Assembly (NCBI RefSeq): GCF_037042905.1
Contig: NC_087245.1
Coordinates: 35,652,001-35,716,000 of the forward strand
Source: Lytechinus pictus
Lineage: Eukaryota
Direction of reading: 5' to 3'
DNA: 64,000 bases
Both the position numbers and the translations under genes were made by a program. Below the pieces are notes generated by a model, which worked only from the letters and a program-made list of their open reading frames with translations, was not told the DNA's origin and did not search any database. The first letter of the stretch is position 1; each line of letters opens with the position of its first letter. Shown in pieces: positions 13,251 through 25,837 of this stretch.

Positions 13251-13883
13251 AAAGAAGTGGAAGAGAAATAGTAGCTTATATGAGTTATCATAAATGGAAA
13301 AGGGCCCTCTATGAATGATTGAAAGACAACAAAGAGTAACATCCTATTTTTTAATTTTAAATCATAATCAGTTAAAACTAGGCCTATTTATTTGATGTTG
13401 AATTCATTCTTCCTATCAACAACAACAAAAAAACATAAATAAAGCAAAAACCTTCGAGATGTTTTGGTTGCTTCGCTCGCATATAAAATTATGTGGGTTA
13501 TTACGTTAGTGACTTCTTACCTCCAATGAAAAGAAGCCTGTTTACAAAGCATAAAAAAGACCAGATATTATTCGTTGAAAAAAAACAATGCTAATCATTC
13601 AACAAACTAGAGCAGAAAGTATTCATGAAAGAATCTGACAAGTATATAGGTCGTAATGTAACCTCCTTGACATCTCAACCTAAAACATCCATCTCTCTGT
13701 GAAAAAAAAGTATAATACTGGATGTGCAATTTCGTTTCAAAATATTTTTTTGTAAATTGATTAACTACGAAAAACACCAATACGCATTTGGGGCTTTGTA
13801 AGAAAAAAAAATTGGCATATATTATGTTTAACAAAAATATGCACATTTAATAAAAATATGCAGTTTAGGTCACACACTGCTAA

Positions 13884-15620
13884 GAACGAATGCCACAGAG
13901 GTAATCGTCGTCATAGCGTGGACATTATGTGATATTACATATAAACACACTGTTCTGAACGAATGCCACACCGCGGCAATCTTCGTCATAGTGGTGACAT
14001 TACGCGAAACTATATGAACACAATGTTCTGAACAAATGGCACATAGCGGAAATCTTCGTCATAGTGGTGACATAACGCGAAACCATATGAACACAAATGT
14101 TCTGAACGAATGGCACATGGCGGCAATCTTCGTCATAGTGGTGACATAACGCGAAACTATATGAACACAATGTTCTGAACGAATGGCACATGGCGGCAAT
14201 CTTCGTCATAGTGGTGACATAACGCGAAACTATATAAACACACTGTTCTGAACGAATGCCACATCGCGGCAATCTTCGTCATAGTGGTGACATTACGCGA
14301 AACTATATGAACACAATGTTCTGAACGAATGGCACATAGCGGAAATCTTCGTCATAGTGGTGACATTACGCAAAACTATATGAACACAATGTTCTGAACA
14401 AATGGCACATAGCGGCAATCTTCGTCATAGTAAGGACATTTACGCGAAACTATATGAACGCAATGTTCTGAACGAATGGCACATAGCGGCAATCTTCGTC
14501 ATAGTGGTGACATAACGCGAAACTATATAAACACACTGTTCTGAACGAATGCCACATCGCGGCAATCTTCGTCATAGTGGTGACATTACGCGAAACTATA
14601 TGAACGCAATGTTCTGAACAAATGGCACATAGCGGCAATCTTCGTCATAGTAAGGACATTACGCGAAACTATATGAACACATTGTTCTGAACGAATGGCA
14701 CATAGCGGCAATCTTCGTCATAGTGGTGACATTACGCAAAACTATATGAACACAATGTTCTGAACAAATGGCACATAGCGGCAATCTTCGTCATAGTAAG
14801 GACATTACGCGAAACTATATGAACGCAATGTTCTGAACGAATGGCACATAGCGGCAATCTTCGTCATAGTGGTGACATAACGCGAAACTATATAAACACA
14901 CTGTTCTGAACGAATGCCACATCGCGGCAATCTTCGTCATAGTGGTGACATTACGCGAAACTATATGAACGCAATGTTCTGAACAAATGGCACATAGCGG
15001 CAATCTTCGTCATAGTAAGGACATTACGCGAAACTATATGAACACATTGTTCTGAACGAATGGCACATAGCGGCAATCTTCGTCATAGTGCGGACATTAC
15101 GCAAAACTATATGAACACAATTCCTTTCAATTCAATTAAAAATTGGTCTTGATAATCAAACGTGTTAACAATCATACATGAAAACAGCAGGAGCTGGAAA
15201 AATCATGTTTACAAGTTGGTGTCGGCACAATTAAATACATAGTAAAACAGCATAGTAAAATGCATTGAAAAGGTTATACATTTAAAAGTTAATACAATTT
15301 AAATAAAGCGTAAAAGGCAATGAATGAATGAATGAATGAAAGAAAGAATGCAACATGATAATGGCAGACGTGAAGGAGAGGAGACTGACACTGAGTGTCA
15401 ATCTCCTCTCCTTCAAGTCTGCCATGTTCTGAACGAATGGCACATAGCGGCAATCTTCGTCATAGCATGGACATTACGCGAAATCATGTGAACAACACAC
15501 TGTTCCGAACGAATGCCACACTGTGGATATCTCCTTCGTGCGGTCACTATGTGGAACTGTATGAACACACTGTGCGTTTTAGTGGTTTTTATCCTCACGG
15601 AGTGGGCGCTGTGTGAACAC
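13884..15620. repeat. 73-bp minisatellite (about 17 copies plus 2-3 degenerate copies after an insertion at about 15121-15424)
   Basis: Unit ttctgaacgaatggcacatagcggcaatcttcgtcatagtggtgacattacgcgaaactatatgaacacaatg, head to tail with no spacers. Confidence 0.95.
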
Positions 15621-17235
15621 ACTTTCATAAATGAGTATCACAGTGTTGCGATTCCCTTTCAAATGTGTTGACTATGTGAACACATCACGTTTTATCGTTA
15701 TAATTTATTTATTTATTTATTTATTTTGTTTTATTTATTTTATACTGCAGGGTAGGCCTGTTTAGTTCTTAAAACTGCTTTACAAAGGCGCCCTGTAGTT
15801 TAAAATACATGTCAAGATAACAATGAACAACAACAACAACAACAAACAACATCAAAAATACAAAATATCTAACATCATCACTCACAGAGAAGAAGATAGA
15901 TCGTACAGCGCGAATTGTTTCACGATGTGGCAACTTTGTGTTAATACTGTGCGACACCGCATCACACCTTGGTCACACTATGGTCACGCTTGACCATGTA
16001 TGAGTTGACCATATTAACATACATCTGCGTCTCTGAATAGGAAACTAGATACTACCACTGTGTTAAATTTGACAAGAATATGTAGACACACGACTAGAAA
16101 TGAGCTTGACTTTCCACCAAGTTGGGTTTTGACATTTCTTATGAAGTTTCAAAATAAACAAGAAGACTTATGAAATAATCGATAAAACGGCTTTTTTTGG
16201 CTTTGATAGATTATAAAGAATTTATTACTAAGCGGGATTGTCAAACAATCATTACACAGTCACAGTAATACATTAAAGAGAGACAAAATTGCAGATTTTA
16301 TGTGAAATTATTGTACATGGTATGTACGTGTAAATCTGTTTCCATACAACGTGATATTCAATTTACAAGAAACATAAAGAAGTTTTAACACAGTTATAAT
16401 TTCAAATCATAAGTGATAAGAACAAAATACTAATATCGTGTATATTTCTTTCTTAAATATGTATACACATAATATAGGCCGCTATATGCTTTATCCAAAT
16501 CCAAAGGATGTACAAATAGCCTTCTTCTTTATTTGACCTTTGTACTCTATGTGGAAAATACTCAAGTACACAATCTCTTTTCAATGCAGTTGTTGAATGA
16601 TAAGACAAAAGCTGTAAGTTATGCTCACTCAATGGAAAAGAAAATCCATGACAGGGTTGTTGGATCTTCTAAGATTGACAATTCTGGATTCTTGAGGAAA
16701 TGGCGATAATAATGTAGTAGAAATCATTTACGCTTGCATTGTGTCATATAGTGTAGATTTTAAAGATGCATATCAAAGCACTTTAATCATGTTAATCGGT
16801 AGTCCAGCTGTCCATGTCCATGCATATGTCAACTACAGTTCATCCTGGTCTCCAATTCTCTGATGTGCTTATTGATGATATGTCAAGGGTCGGCCATGAA
16901 GAGGGCGCTCTAGTCATCAGGTGAATTAGTCAAAGGGTATACCCAACCTTTAAGGAACAGCTTGGTACAAATACTGTTAATTCAAACAATACTGGTTTTA
17001 AACTCTGCTGGCCCAAGATATCAAGTTGCTCGAAGGTAATCCGTCAAAGGCCATATCGGAAGCCAAAACATATGTTATTAGAAAGTTGTGAAGAATCAAA
17101 ACACAACAACGCAGGCCTCATGAATTTTCACTGCTTACCAGCTAGGTATTTTACTTTATAAACACTCGAATTTGTGATTCTCGATAATGGACTTCATTGC
17201 GCGAATTATAATTATGACGTGATCCTACGTGGTCG

Positions 17236-17652
17236 ATTTATTTTCATTTCATCCAATACCAATTCGTCCAATTGCCAACTCTTCTACTACTAGTATCATT
17301 TGGTCTACCATCAGTTCGTCTAATATCCACATGGTCTAATTGACATTTCGTCCACTCACCATTTCGTATAATAACCAGTTGGTCCAATGGCCATTTAGTC
17401 CATATACCGTTTGGTCTAATTAGACTAAGTGTTAATTGGGCAAAATGAATGAAAATAAAACGAATGTAAGACCAACTGGTTGTGAGACGAAATGGTTATA
17501 GACGAACTGGTGATTAGACGAAGTGATGATTGGGCCAAATGCTTATTGGACCAAGTGGTTATTAAACATGTTGATGGATGGAATGGCGTTAGACTAAATG
17601 AAGGTAGACCATGTGGTGAGAGGACGAGTTGGCAGTGGACGAATTGACAATT
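17236..17652. mobile_element. Imperfectly palindromic element with a 10-bp direct flank (MULE-like)
   Basis: tacgtggtcg at 17226-17235 and 17653-17662; ttcgtc(c/t)a repeats in the left half and their complements in the right half. Confidence 0.7.
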
Positions 17653-18324
17653 TACGTGGTCGGAGTTAAGATTACGCGCGTTTATATGTAGACAAAATTT
17701 ATCATTTTGTTTTCCAGGTTATTTTGTTTTCCAATTACACATTTGATATTTTTGGGACAATAAGCACAGAAAACAACGATTTCCTGCCTACATCGGTGAA
17801 ACCCAAACTCTAGAACTTATTTTCCCCCAAAATTGTATATTTGCTGCTTATTTGGTGCAGTTTTATACCCATATCTGCATTGGGTTCGTATTAACCTGAC
17901 ATAGCAGTTGTGGCCAAATAAGAGTTAAAACAAAAGAAGAAAATAACTCACAAAAATATGGTTTAACACTGTGGGTTAACGATGATTTAAGCATCAAACA
18001 ATTCCAAAGACATTTCTCTTTGCAAATATTCTAAAAAATATATTTGAATTTGTGAACTGGAGAACAACAAAGTAATGTGACTTTTCTTTATGCAAGCGCA
18101 TGTAATTACAGCTGCATACACATTCTTGCCGGTGAGTACCCATTTTCGATATTTGCGAATTAAAACATTTCTCAAAGAATTACTCAGCTGGTAATCTGTC
18201 AGAATGCACGGAACTGATTTTATTGTATTTTGTAGTATAGCTAATCAGCTGGTGTATGATTTGTCAGTTTAATTTTTCGCTTCCAATAAGGTATTTCAGA
18301 GCAACATGATTTAAAGTCACTCAC

Positions 18325-18549
18325 CTTCGACGGTAACAGTAAATGAACATGTGTCTATGTTTGATGAACTGTCTGTGGCAGTCACAATAACCGTCGTTGG
18401 ACCCAGAGGAAAGGTGTCTCCTGGTCCTAGTGGGTCATAGGTTAATGTTGGTGAAGGGTCGACATTGTCTGTCACAGTCGCTGTGAATGTTACAGTTGTT
18501 GAATCGGTGGTGAAGTCAGCCGGGCATGTGACTACAGGATCCTGATCGT
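18325..18549 (-). CDS. HYR-domain protein exon 5 (HYR repeat 4)
   Basis: Acceptor atttttgtcag, donor G|gtgagt, 225 nt, phase 1-1. DDQDPVVTCPADF...GDTFPLGPTTVIVTATDSSSNIDTCSFTVTVE is a canonical HYR. Confidence 0.92.
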
Positions 18550-18983
18550 CTGACAAAAATATAAAATTGATAACACTTGCAAAATATATGACGACCTTTC
18601 GGTAGACCAATGAAATTGAAGAATATCATCACCAACTTGAATAAGTAACTTATTATTATAGATATATGAAACAGTGACTACGAAAATGATTGAGGGGGGG
18701 GGGCAACAACAATTCGTCTGTTTGGTTGGACAATGGGAGCCGTTGTTGTTGTTGTTATTTTGAATAGGCAATATTAAACTAGTCAATTTTCACTATTGAT
18801 GCCTTGTTAATTTGCTTTCTCAAGCTCGTATCTTAAATGGAGTGCAACAAGATACCATCCTGTCACCTCTTGTGATCGGTAAGCGACGTTTGGAAAAGAT
18901 TGGAACAGCCATACAATACTGCGAAATAAATATATTTGATCTAGATTTATTTTCTGACGATATTGCGCTGAATGATCTCAGAG

Positions 18984-19389
18984 AGGCTTTCACAATGCAA
19001 CAGCTGTCGTACAACAAAAACAACCAGTAAACCCCGTTGCACGAGTAAGTCGCTTATGCTCTTATTGTGCTCGTGCGATCACATGCGAGTGTTGCACGAG
19101 GGATTGCGGGTGGAACGGTCGCATACATGCGAATGCAACGGTAGTGCAATGTTGTAAGCCGTGTTGCGATCGGTCTTGCAACAGTCTTATGGCCTATATA
19201 TTATCGCACCCAGTCGCAAGACTGGTCTCTGTACATGTAGATCGCTATCACATGTGCAAGTGTTGTACGACCTCCAGTCGAGTAAATGCGACTACTTAGT
19301 TGTGCCACCTCTCGCACCAAGTCGTACAACGTTGAACAACACTCACACGATGATCGCCCGACCGATGGTCCGACCTGATGCGAGTGAAT
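18984..19389. repeat. Inverted partial copy of the adjacent Harbinger-type element
   Basis: Reverse complement of 19588-19992; the ORF track shows near-identical peptides at 19161+ and 19565-. Confidence 0.9.
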
Positions 19390-19391
19390 TA

Positions 19392-20091
19392 AGCCCCTTT
19401 CACAATTGACGTACGACCTGTTTACGACCGCCTGCAACAATTTTTCTTGTTGTCGCACGATCGATCTCTTGGTGTCTTGCGATCACTCGCAGTCGTTGCA
19501 AACGGTCCCACGAACTCGAGGTGGTCGTGACTGGTCGCATCTGAACTTTGAACATGTTCAACATCTAAACACGATCAAATACGATCGATTCACTCGCATC
19601 AGGTCGTACGATCGGTCGGGCGATCATCGTGTGAGTGTTGTTCAACGTTGTACGACTTGGTGCGAGAGGTGGCACAACTAAGTAGTCGCATTTACTCGAC
19701 TGAAGGTCGTACAACACTTGTACATGTGCTAGCGACCTACATATACAGAGACCAGTCTTGCGACTGGGTGCGATAATATATAGGCCATAAGACTGTTCCA
19801 AGACCGATCGCAACGGCTTACAACATTGCACTACCGTTACATTCGCATGTATGCGACCGTTCCACTCGCAATCCTTCGTGCAACACTCGCATGTGATCGC
19901 ACGAGCACAATAGGAGCATATGCGACTTACTCGTGCAACGGGGTTTACTGGTTGTTTTTGTTGTACGACAGCTATTGCAACTGTGAAAGCCTATGTGCGA
20001 TCTTATGAGATGACTAGCGATTGATGCCTGTTGCAGCCTGTCGCACGACCAAAAGGTCGCAAATGGTCGTACGTCAATTGTGAAAGGGGCT
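19392..20091. mobile_element. PIF/Harbinger-type non-autonomous element
   Basis: TIR agcccctttcacaattgacgtacgacc at both ends; 3-bp TTA flanks (19389-19391, 20092-20094). Confidence 0.85.
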
Positions 20092-20533
20092 TTACATACA
20101 CATCTTGTTCACGATCACGAACAATGCTCAGAATGTTCAATTTTCAAGACAGAATACATGAAATTTTCCCTAAAGAGCTCGCGCTTCGCACTCGCATTAG
20201 GTTTTCATTAGGGCTTACATGAGATTAGCATTTATTTATGTTTTGTAAGAATAAAGTTAAGAAGTAACTGATAGGACTACCCCTTCAAAGAAACAAACAA
20301 AAATCAACTTTGAGCGGCCGATCGGGGAAAATATTGAGGAAATTGTTTTGCCCCTCCCCCTCCCTATTGGCGAAAGCTGGATCCGCCCCTGGAAACGGTC
20401 CCAACGCTATAGGTCAAGTTTGTATCTTGCCCAGGGGTTCACTAGCCAACCATGGGTTTTGGAATCTCCGTTTTGATCAAGGGTCTTTGCTGCATTCTCC
20501 GACTATCATTCTATTGCCTTAGTTTATACCTCT

Positions 20534-20690
20534 GGGGCCCATTTCATCAAGAGTTACAACTGTTGTAACTTTGCCATCATGGCAACTACCGTGGTAAGAG
20601 GGCTCAGCAGCCAATCAAAATAAAGGTTACCATGGTAGTTGCCATAATGGCAAAGTTACAACAGTTGTAACTCTTTATGAAACGGGCCCC
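20534..20690. mobile_element. Short palindromic MITE
   Basis: ggggcccc.tttcat.aagagttacaactgttgtaactttgcc... with its inverse, about 65-bp arms. Confidence 0.85.
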
Positions 20691-21590
20691 AGGTCTTCTT
20701 CGAAAATATATTTAGAGATAAGAGTCAAGCTCTATGAAGATAGCTCGTGTTCAAACCTCTGAAAAACAAAATAGATCCTTAGAAATAAACACATTTCTTT
20801 TAAATTCATGTTTTCTTTTGTTTTTATTTTGCGATTTTAAGTGTTGTTATAAGTTTTTTTCCATGTCAGAGCCCCCTCCCATCCAGACGACAAAATTGTT
20901 CACAGTCTTTAAGACAAAATCATAGATGTAATCAACACAAGTAGAAAAACAAAATATAGAAAGCGCAAATTAAGTGCGCAGATAGCATTGTGCGTCGCCG
21001 TCGAAATGCATTTCCCTCTGTTTCCACGATGTTTATTGCTATTTTCGTTTATTTACTTCACGTCCGGTATTCAATTAATTTCGATGTTGTAAGGAAAGTA
21101 CATTATGAGCAATGATGGATGTTTAGCAACGTATTTCAATATGGACCTATTAATACAGCAAGCTTATTTGTGACAATGGGTATACATAAGAGGCGCCATG
21201 GTTATGGAAGTCAAAGTAAATCAGAACACCGCATGCACATTATAATACATTATAAAGATCTAGCTAGGACAATGGGCAAAATGGTATCAACTCGGGATTC
21301 TGGAGCGTGGTGGAGTGACGTCAGGTAGATCATTTCATCGTAATGACTTTCTGAACATGCCGAAGAAATACCTAAAACGGAGGATAAGGAATTTTGTTCC
21401 AGTGTTGGCATATTCCCTAAAAGATTTATCAAGTTTTTGTCCATGTATAGGGAGGGTCGTTTAAATCTAAATTTTGAAGTCGTTGTAACTGAATGAGATA
21501 GGAGTTTCTGCGGCATGAATAATTTGTTTAATCGCCCATAATCCTCCATTATAACTGTATTGCAAACACAAGTCAATCAAATGTCACTAA

Positions 21591-21833
21591 GGGGGTGTTG
21601 CAAGAAAATATTTGCGATCAATTGCAAATATTCTGTTGCAATTTTACAACCGATAGATCAACGTTAGTTATAGCATGTAATAGGTCCATGGTTATAGCAA
21701 ATCAGATTAAACTTCTTGTTTCAAGGAGCAGATTAGCAATCAATCACTAATTTGCAATTAACTGCAAGACATATGATTGATTTAGGAACCAAAAATAGAC
21801 TTCCGATTGATCGCAAGTTTCTTGCAACGCCCC
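21591..21833. mobile_element. MITE
   Basis: TIRs ggggtgttgcaagaa / ttcttgcaacgcccc. Confidence 0.8.
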
Positions 21834-21978
21834 ATTGCTCAGTCACATTTATTAAACCTGCTTCAGACTGATCAAAACTATTACGTTATTTTCAATGGTA
21901 TCCTATCAGTTGGTTTTGAGTCAGTTTCTTTGGTGTGACTGTATATGCAGGGTACCACTCACATCAGAATTCACTTAC

Positions 21979-22275
21979 CTAGAACAGTTACGGTAGACTG
22001 ACAAGAGAAGGAAAGATCTGTGTCACTGATGGTCGTGATGATGGTGTTTGCTCCGACCGGAAGTGAGAATGGTGGACCTGGCATCGCTGGCATGGTCGAA
22101 AACTGAACAGTAGGCAAGGCAGGGCTGCCGGGCCCATGATAAAAATAGGTCACGCCAGCAGTTATGACATCAGTCGGACCGTAAGGAGGGGGTGTAAACG
22201 CAAACGTAGCTGAACCTGGGTCGGTGTTTTCTGTTCCACTGAAATCTGGGCAGTTACTGACAGGTATCTCAGTGA
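21979..22275 (-). CDS. HYR-domain protein exon 4 (divergent HYR repeat 3)
   Basis: Acceptor ttcactttccaacag, donor G|gtaagt, 297 nt open, phase 1-1. LTEIPVSNCPDFSGTENTDPGSAT...FSLPVGANTIITTISDTDLSFSCQSTVTVL. Confidence 0.85.
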
Positions 22276-23563
22276 CTGTTGGAAAGTGAAATAATAACGA
22301 GAATTGAATTCAGCAAGGTTTAGCTTCAAGGATCTAGAACCAATGTTTGCAATTAAATGATTAAAAATCTCTCATTAATAGTATCTCTCCAGAAAGCAGT
22401 GACTATCTAAGTACTTAATTCGTGTTGATAATCTGGAGAATATTTACATGATTATTCAAACCATGAAGCCCAAAATGATAATTTTTAACTTTAATAGTAT
22501 AATGTTGATAAATGAGTTAGAACGAAAAATACATCATTAGCCTTGTCTCTAATAGAGAACCACATTTCTATACAAGTGAGACGTTTCTGGCAGTCTCACC
22601 TGTATTACGCAATTCAACATAGTAGCAGTGCTGACTTGGAAAACAGCCAGGATGAATAATCTTTCACCCAAAAAAAACCCCATTCATATGCTGATAAAAT
22701 ACTGAGATCATTGATCCTAAATGATCTTTAACATTGATCGTGTGACCTGAAACTCATGTAAAATGATTAGTGAGACTTGATAGCCTTTATGTCCAAGTTT
22801 ATAGATCAATTTTCTTTCAAAGTTAGAACCACATTTTATGATTAACAGTTCAAAAAAATTCACCCGAGTTTAATAGGATTTCATTGTTGGTACCACAACA
22901 TAATATGGTCAAAGTTCATGGACCCTTAATGACATTTGACCTTAATCATGTGACCTAAAACTCACGCAAGGTCCCTGTTCGTGAGACTTTAAGCCTTCGC
23001 TCCTCTGGTACTCTAGTACGTCGCTTACAAGCATTCTGCTTTCTTAGCAATCGGGTTCAAAAATCACCTCTATTGGGCTCTATATCAGTGTTATAAAAAA
23101 TGTTATTACCAAAGGTACAAGACATGAGGGGGGGGGGGGGGGTGGGTAGGAGTCCGGTCTCGGCATAGGCTAATCTGCTACCCGCGTCAAGAGATTTCAG
23201 GTTCCGAGACGAAGGTTGATTTCTTAGCACAATTTCCGGTGAATCTTTGTTACGCTATGTCTTTTCTCATTCGCAACGTCATTTCGGGTTGCATGTTGCG
23301 TCATTTTGGGGGTGCAATTTAATAATAGTTACATTTTTTAGCGCTTCATACGTTGGGTTCTAAGTGGTTTACATTGTAATTATTCATACCCCGGTCCCCC
23401 CCCCCCCCCCCGGTCATAGGATCCATCACTGTTCCACACATAAAGTGCACCATCTCCACTCCCTAGTGAGTATTCTAGCCAGACAACCGTTTATCGGTGC
23501 ATGCAAGCGTGCCAATCTAATCACATTGACCTACACATCTTACCGGGTACCCATTTAACACCG

Positions 23564-23744
23564 GGGGGCCGTTTCATAAAGCTGTTCGTAAGTTAAGAGC
23601 GACTTTAAGAACGACTGGTGATCCTTTCTTGCGCGCTAAATCATCGCCAATCATACAATGGTGTGTACCATTTTCCACAAGAAAGGATCACCAGTCGTTT
23701 TTAAAGTCGCTCTTAACTTACGAACAGCTTTATGAAACACCCGC
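23564..23744. mobile_element. Palindromic MITE; other copies at 845-1013 and degenerate at about 34770-34910 and 62085-62150
   Basis: gtttcataaagctgttcgtaagttaagagcgactttaagaacgactggtgatcctttcttg with a near-perfect inverse. Confidence 0.85.
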
Positions 23745-23933
23745 CTGGGTGGAGAGTGACAAACGTGGATAAGTCGGGTGGGATTAGAACCCACGATCTA
23801 AGAGTCAAGTGACTGATCCAATATATACACCACGACACCTCCACTCAAATGTTCAACGTTTGTTCATTACGAATATTATTTATGAATTATCAAGTTTGTT
23901 AGGGAGTTTCTCTGGATGTGAATGGCTCAACAG

Positions 23934-24197
23934 CAGTGGCGTACCTAGGATTTTCCACAGGGGGGGGGGGCAAATTCGTCCGCCCAAAAATTTGACAAGC
24001 AAAAAAAAAAAAAAAAAGGTCTTCAACCACAAATAAAGGATCTCGTTTGCCAAAAAATTTGACAAGCAAAAAAAAAAAAAAAAAAAAAGGTCTTCAAGAC
24101 TCGTCAGGGGGGACAGGGATATGTCATGTCCCTTGCATGGGTTGTGACTCGTCAGGGGGCAGTCTGCCCCCTCTGCCCCCCCGTAGGTACGCTAGTG
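23934..24197. mobile_element. hAT MITE
   Basis: 8-bp TSD ctcaacag; TIRs cagtggcgtaccta / taggtacgctagtg. Confidence 0.9.
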
Positions 24198-24662
24198 CTC
24201 AACAGACCTTACACATTGACTAAGATATCAAATTAGGTATTTTCCTGTTCACGCCAATTAGGAAATCTGATAGAGAGTGGATTCTTCTTGCTAGCTGTTC
24301 GCGCCATTAAAGTGTTTTTCTCATGCGCCAATTATGGTTGCAAATTTTATTTTGCAGATTATGCCATTTATGGTTTATTTCTGAGGGTGTTAGACAGCAG
24401 CCTATGTAGAAATCGAGTGACTCACCCCCCCCCCCCCTTGCATACTATACTTCGCTTTTTTTAGGGCTTTAAGGGAGTAGCGTGGATTCTTAGCTTTATA
24501 ATATTATTCATGTAATTATTAATGAAACATTTCATCAGAATTATGGCAATTTATCTGTCTATTAGTATCAGAAGAAGAAGTCAGAGGAGAAGGAGGAGGA
24601 GAAGAAGAAGAAGAAGAAAAAGAAGAAGAAGACGCAGATTAAGAACCAAAATAAATTCTTAC

Positions 24663-24929
24663 GTGGATTGATGATGTTAATATCACATGTGGCAGGGTTT
24701 CCACAAGCATCTTCAAAGGTCACGGTAAGTCCAGTAGAACCACTTGTAAAGATGGTACCTCCTCCTGAAGGTGATCCGACAGGAGGATTATAGTCGGTAT
24801 CAATAACTGGTGGATTTGCATCTATGGCCGTGAAGTGGCCCGCAGCCTCGCTTACACCAAAGAAAGTGTTTGGCACGGCATCGGGTAACGTGATACTATC
24901 TACGCACGTTACGACAGGCCCGTCAGTAT
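24663..24929 (-). CDS. HYR-domain protein exon 3 (divergent HYR repeat 2)
   Basis: Acceptor ttcatacag, donor C|gtaaga, 267 nt, phase 1-1. DTDGPVVTCVDS...GTIFTSGSTGLTVTFEDACGNPATCDINIINP. Confidence 0.85.
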
Positions 24930-25560
24930 CTGTATGAATTCAACACAATAAAACGTATATCAATAACATGCATCGTTTGAAAAACCATCTTATTTGACAT
25001 ACAGCCTTGTCTACTTAGTATAAAAGTATGATAAGGATGTGCCGCGGTCGAGACTCCCATTTTCAGCCTAAATTAAGTTCCATTCCAGAGCATCATCACC
25101 AATTTAGAAAGCCATAGAAATTCCGACTTTTCCCCCATTCAAAAGAGCCTCGAATCGTGTGGTTTTTCGTGGTTTCTCCCTTCATGCTACGTTCAGGAGA
25201 CCCCCATTTTTTTTTTCTTTTTGGTGGTCAGTTCCAGTCGAGCACTGCATTTTTAGCAATCGTTGATCCAAAGCCGTTCCGGAGACCCCCATTTTAAGAC
25301 CAAGATTCAGTTCCAGAGCCCCCTATTTTCGAGTTTTATGTGGCACATATAGGTGTCGTGTTATAATTCGAGTAGCCCCCCGGGCACCCCCCCGGGGGGG
25401 GGGGGCTATACACAAGATTAGCCTAGCCGGGGTAATGTCTTTTTTATGTAAAAAGTAATGTATTTATTTTGTGATCGTCACACTATGTACATTGTCATGA
25501 CATGCAGAAACAAACACACAAATAAATAAATAAATAAACAAATATATAAATAAAATAGAG

Positions 25561-25837
<277 letters not shown>

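Noticed and set aside
13884..15120. CRISPR-like regular array
   Set aside because: Units are head to tail with no unique spacers, there are no cas genes, and the context is eukaryotic; it is a minisatellite.
16300..21570. Toll-like receptor call for the LRR fossil
   Set aside because: No TIR motifs were recognised; the remnant after the last Cys cap looks like an Ig domain, so the family is left unassigned.
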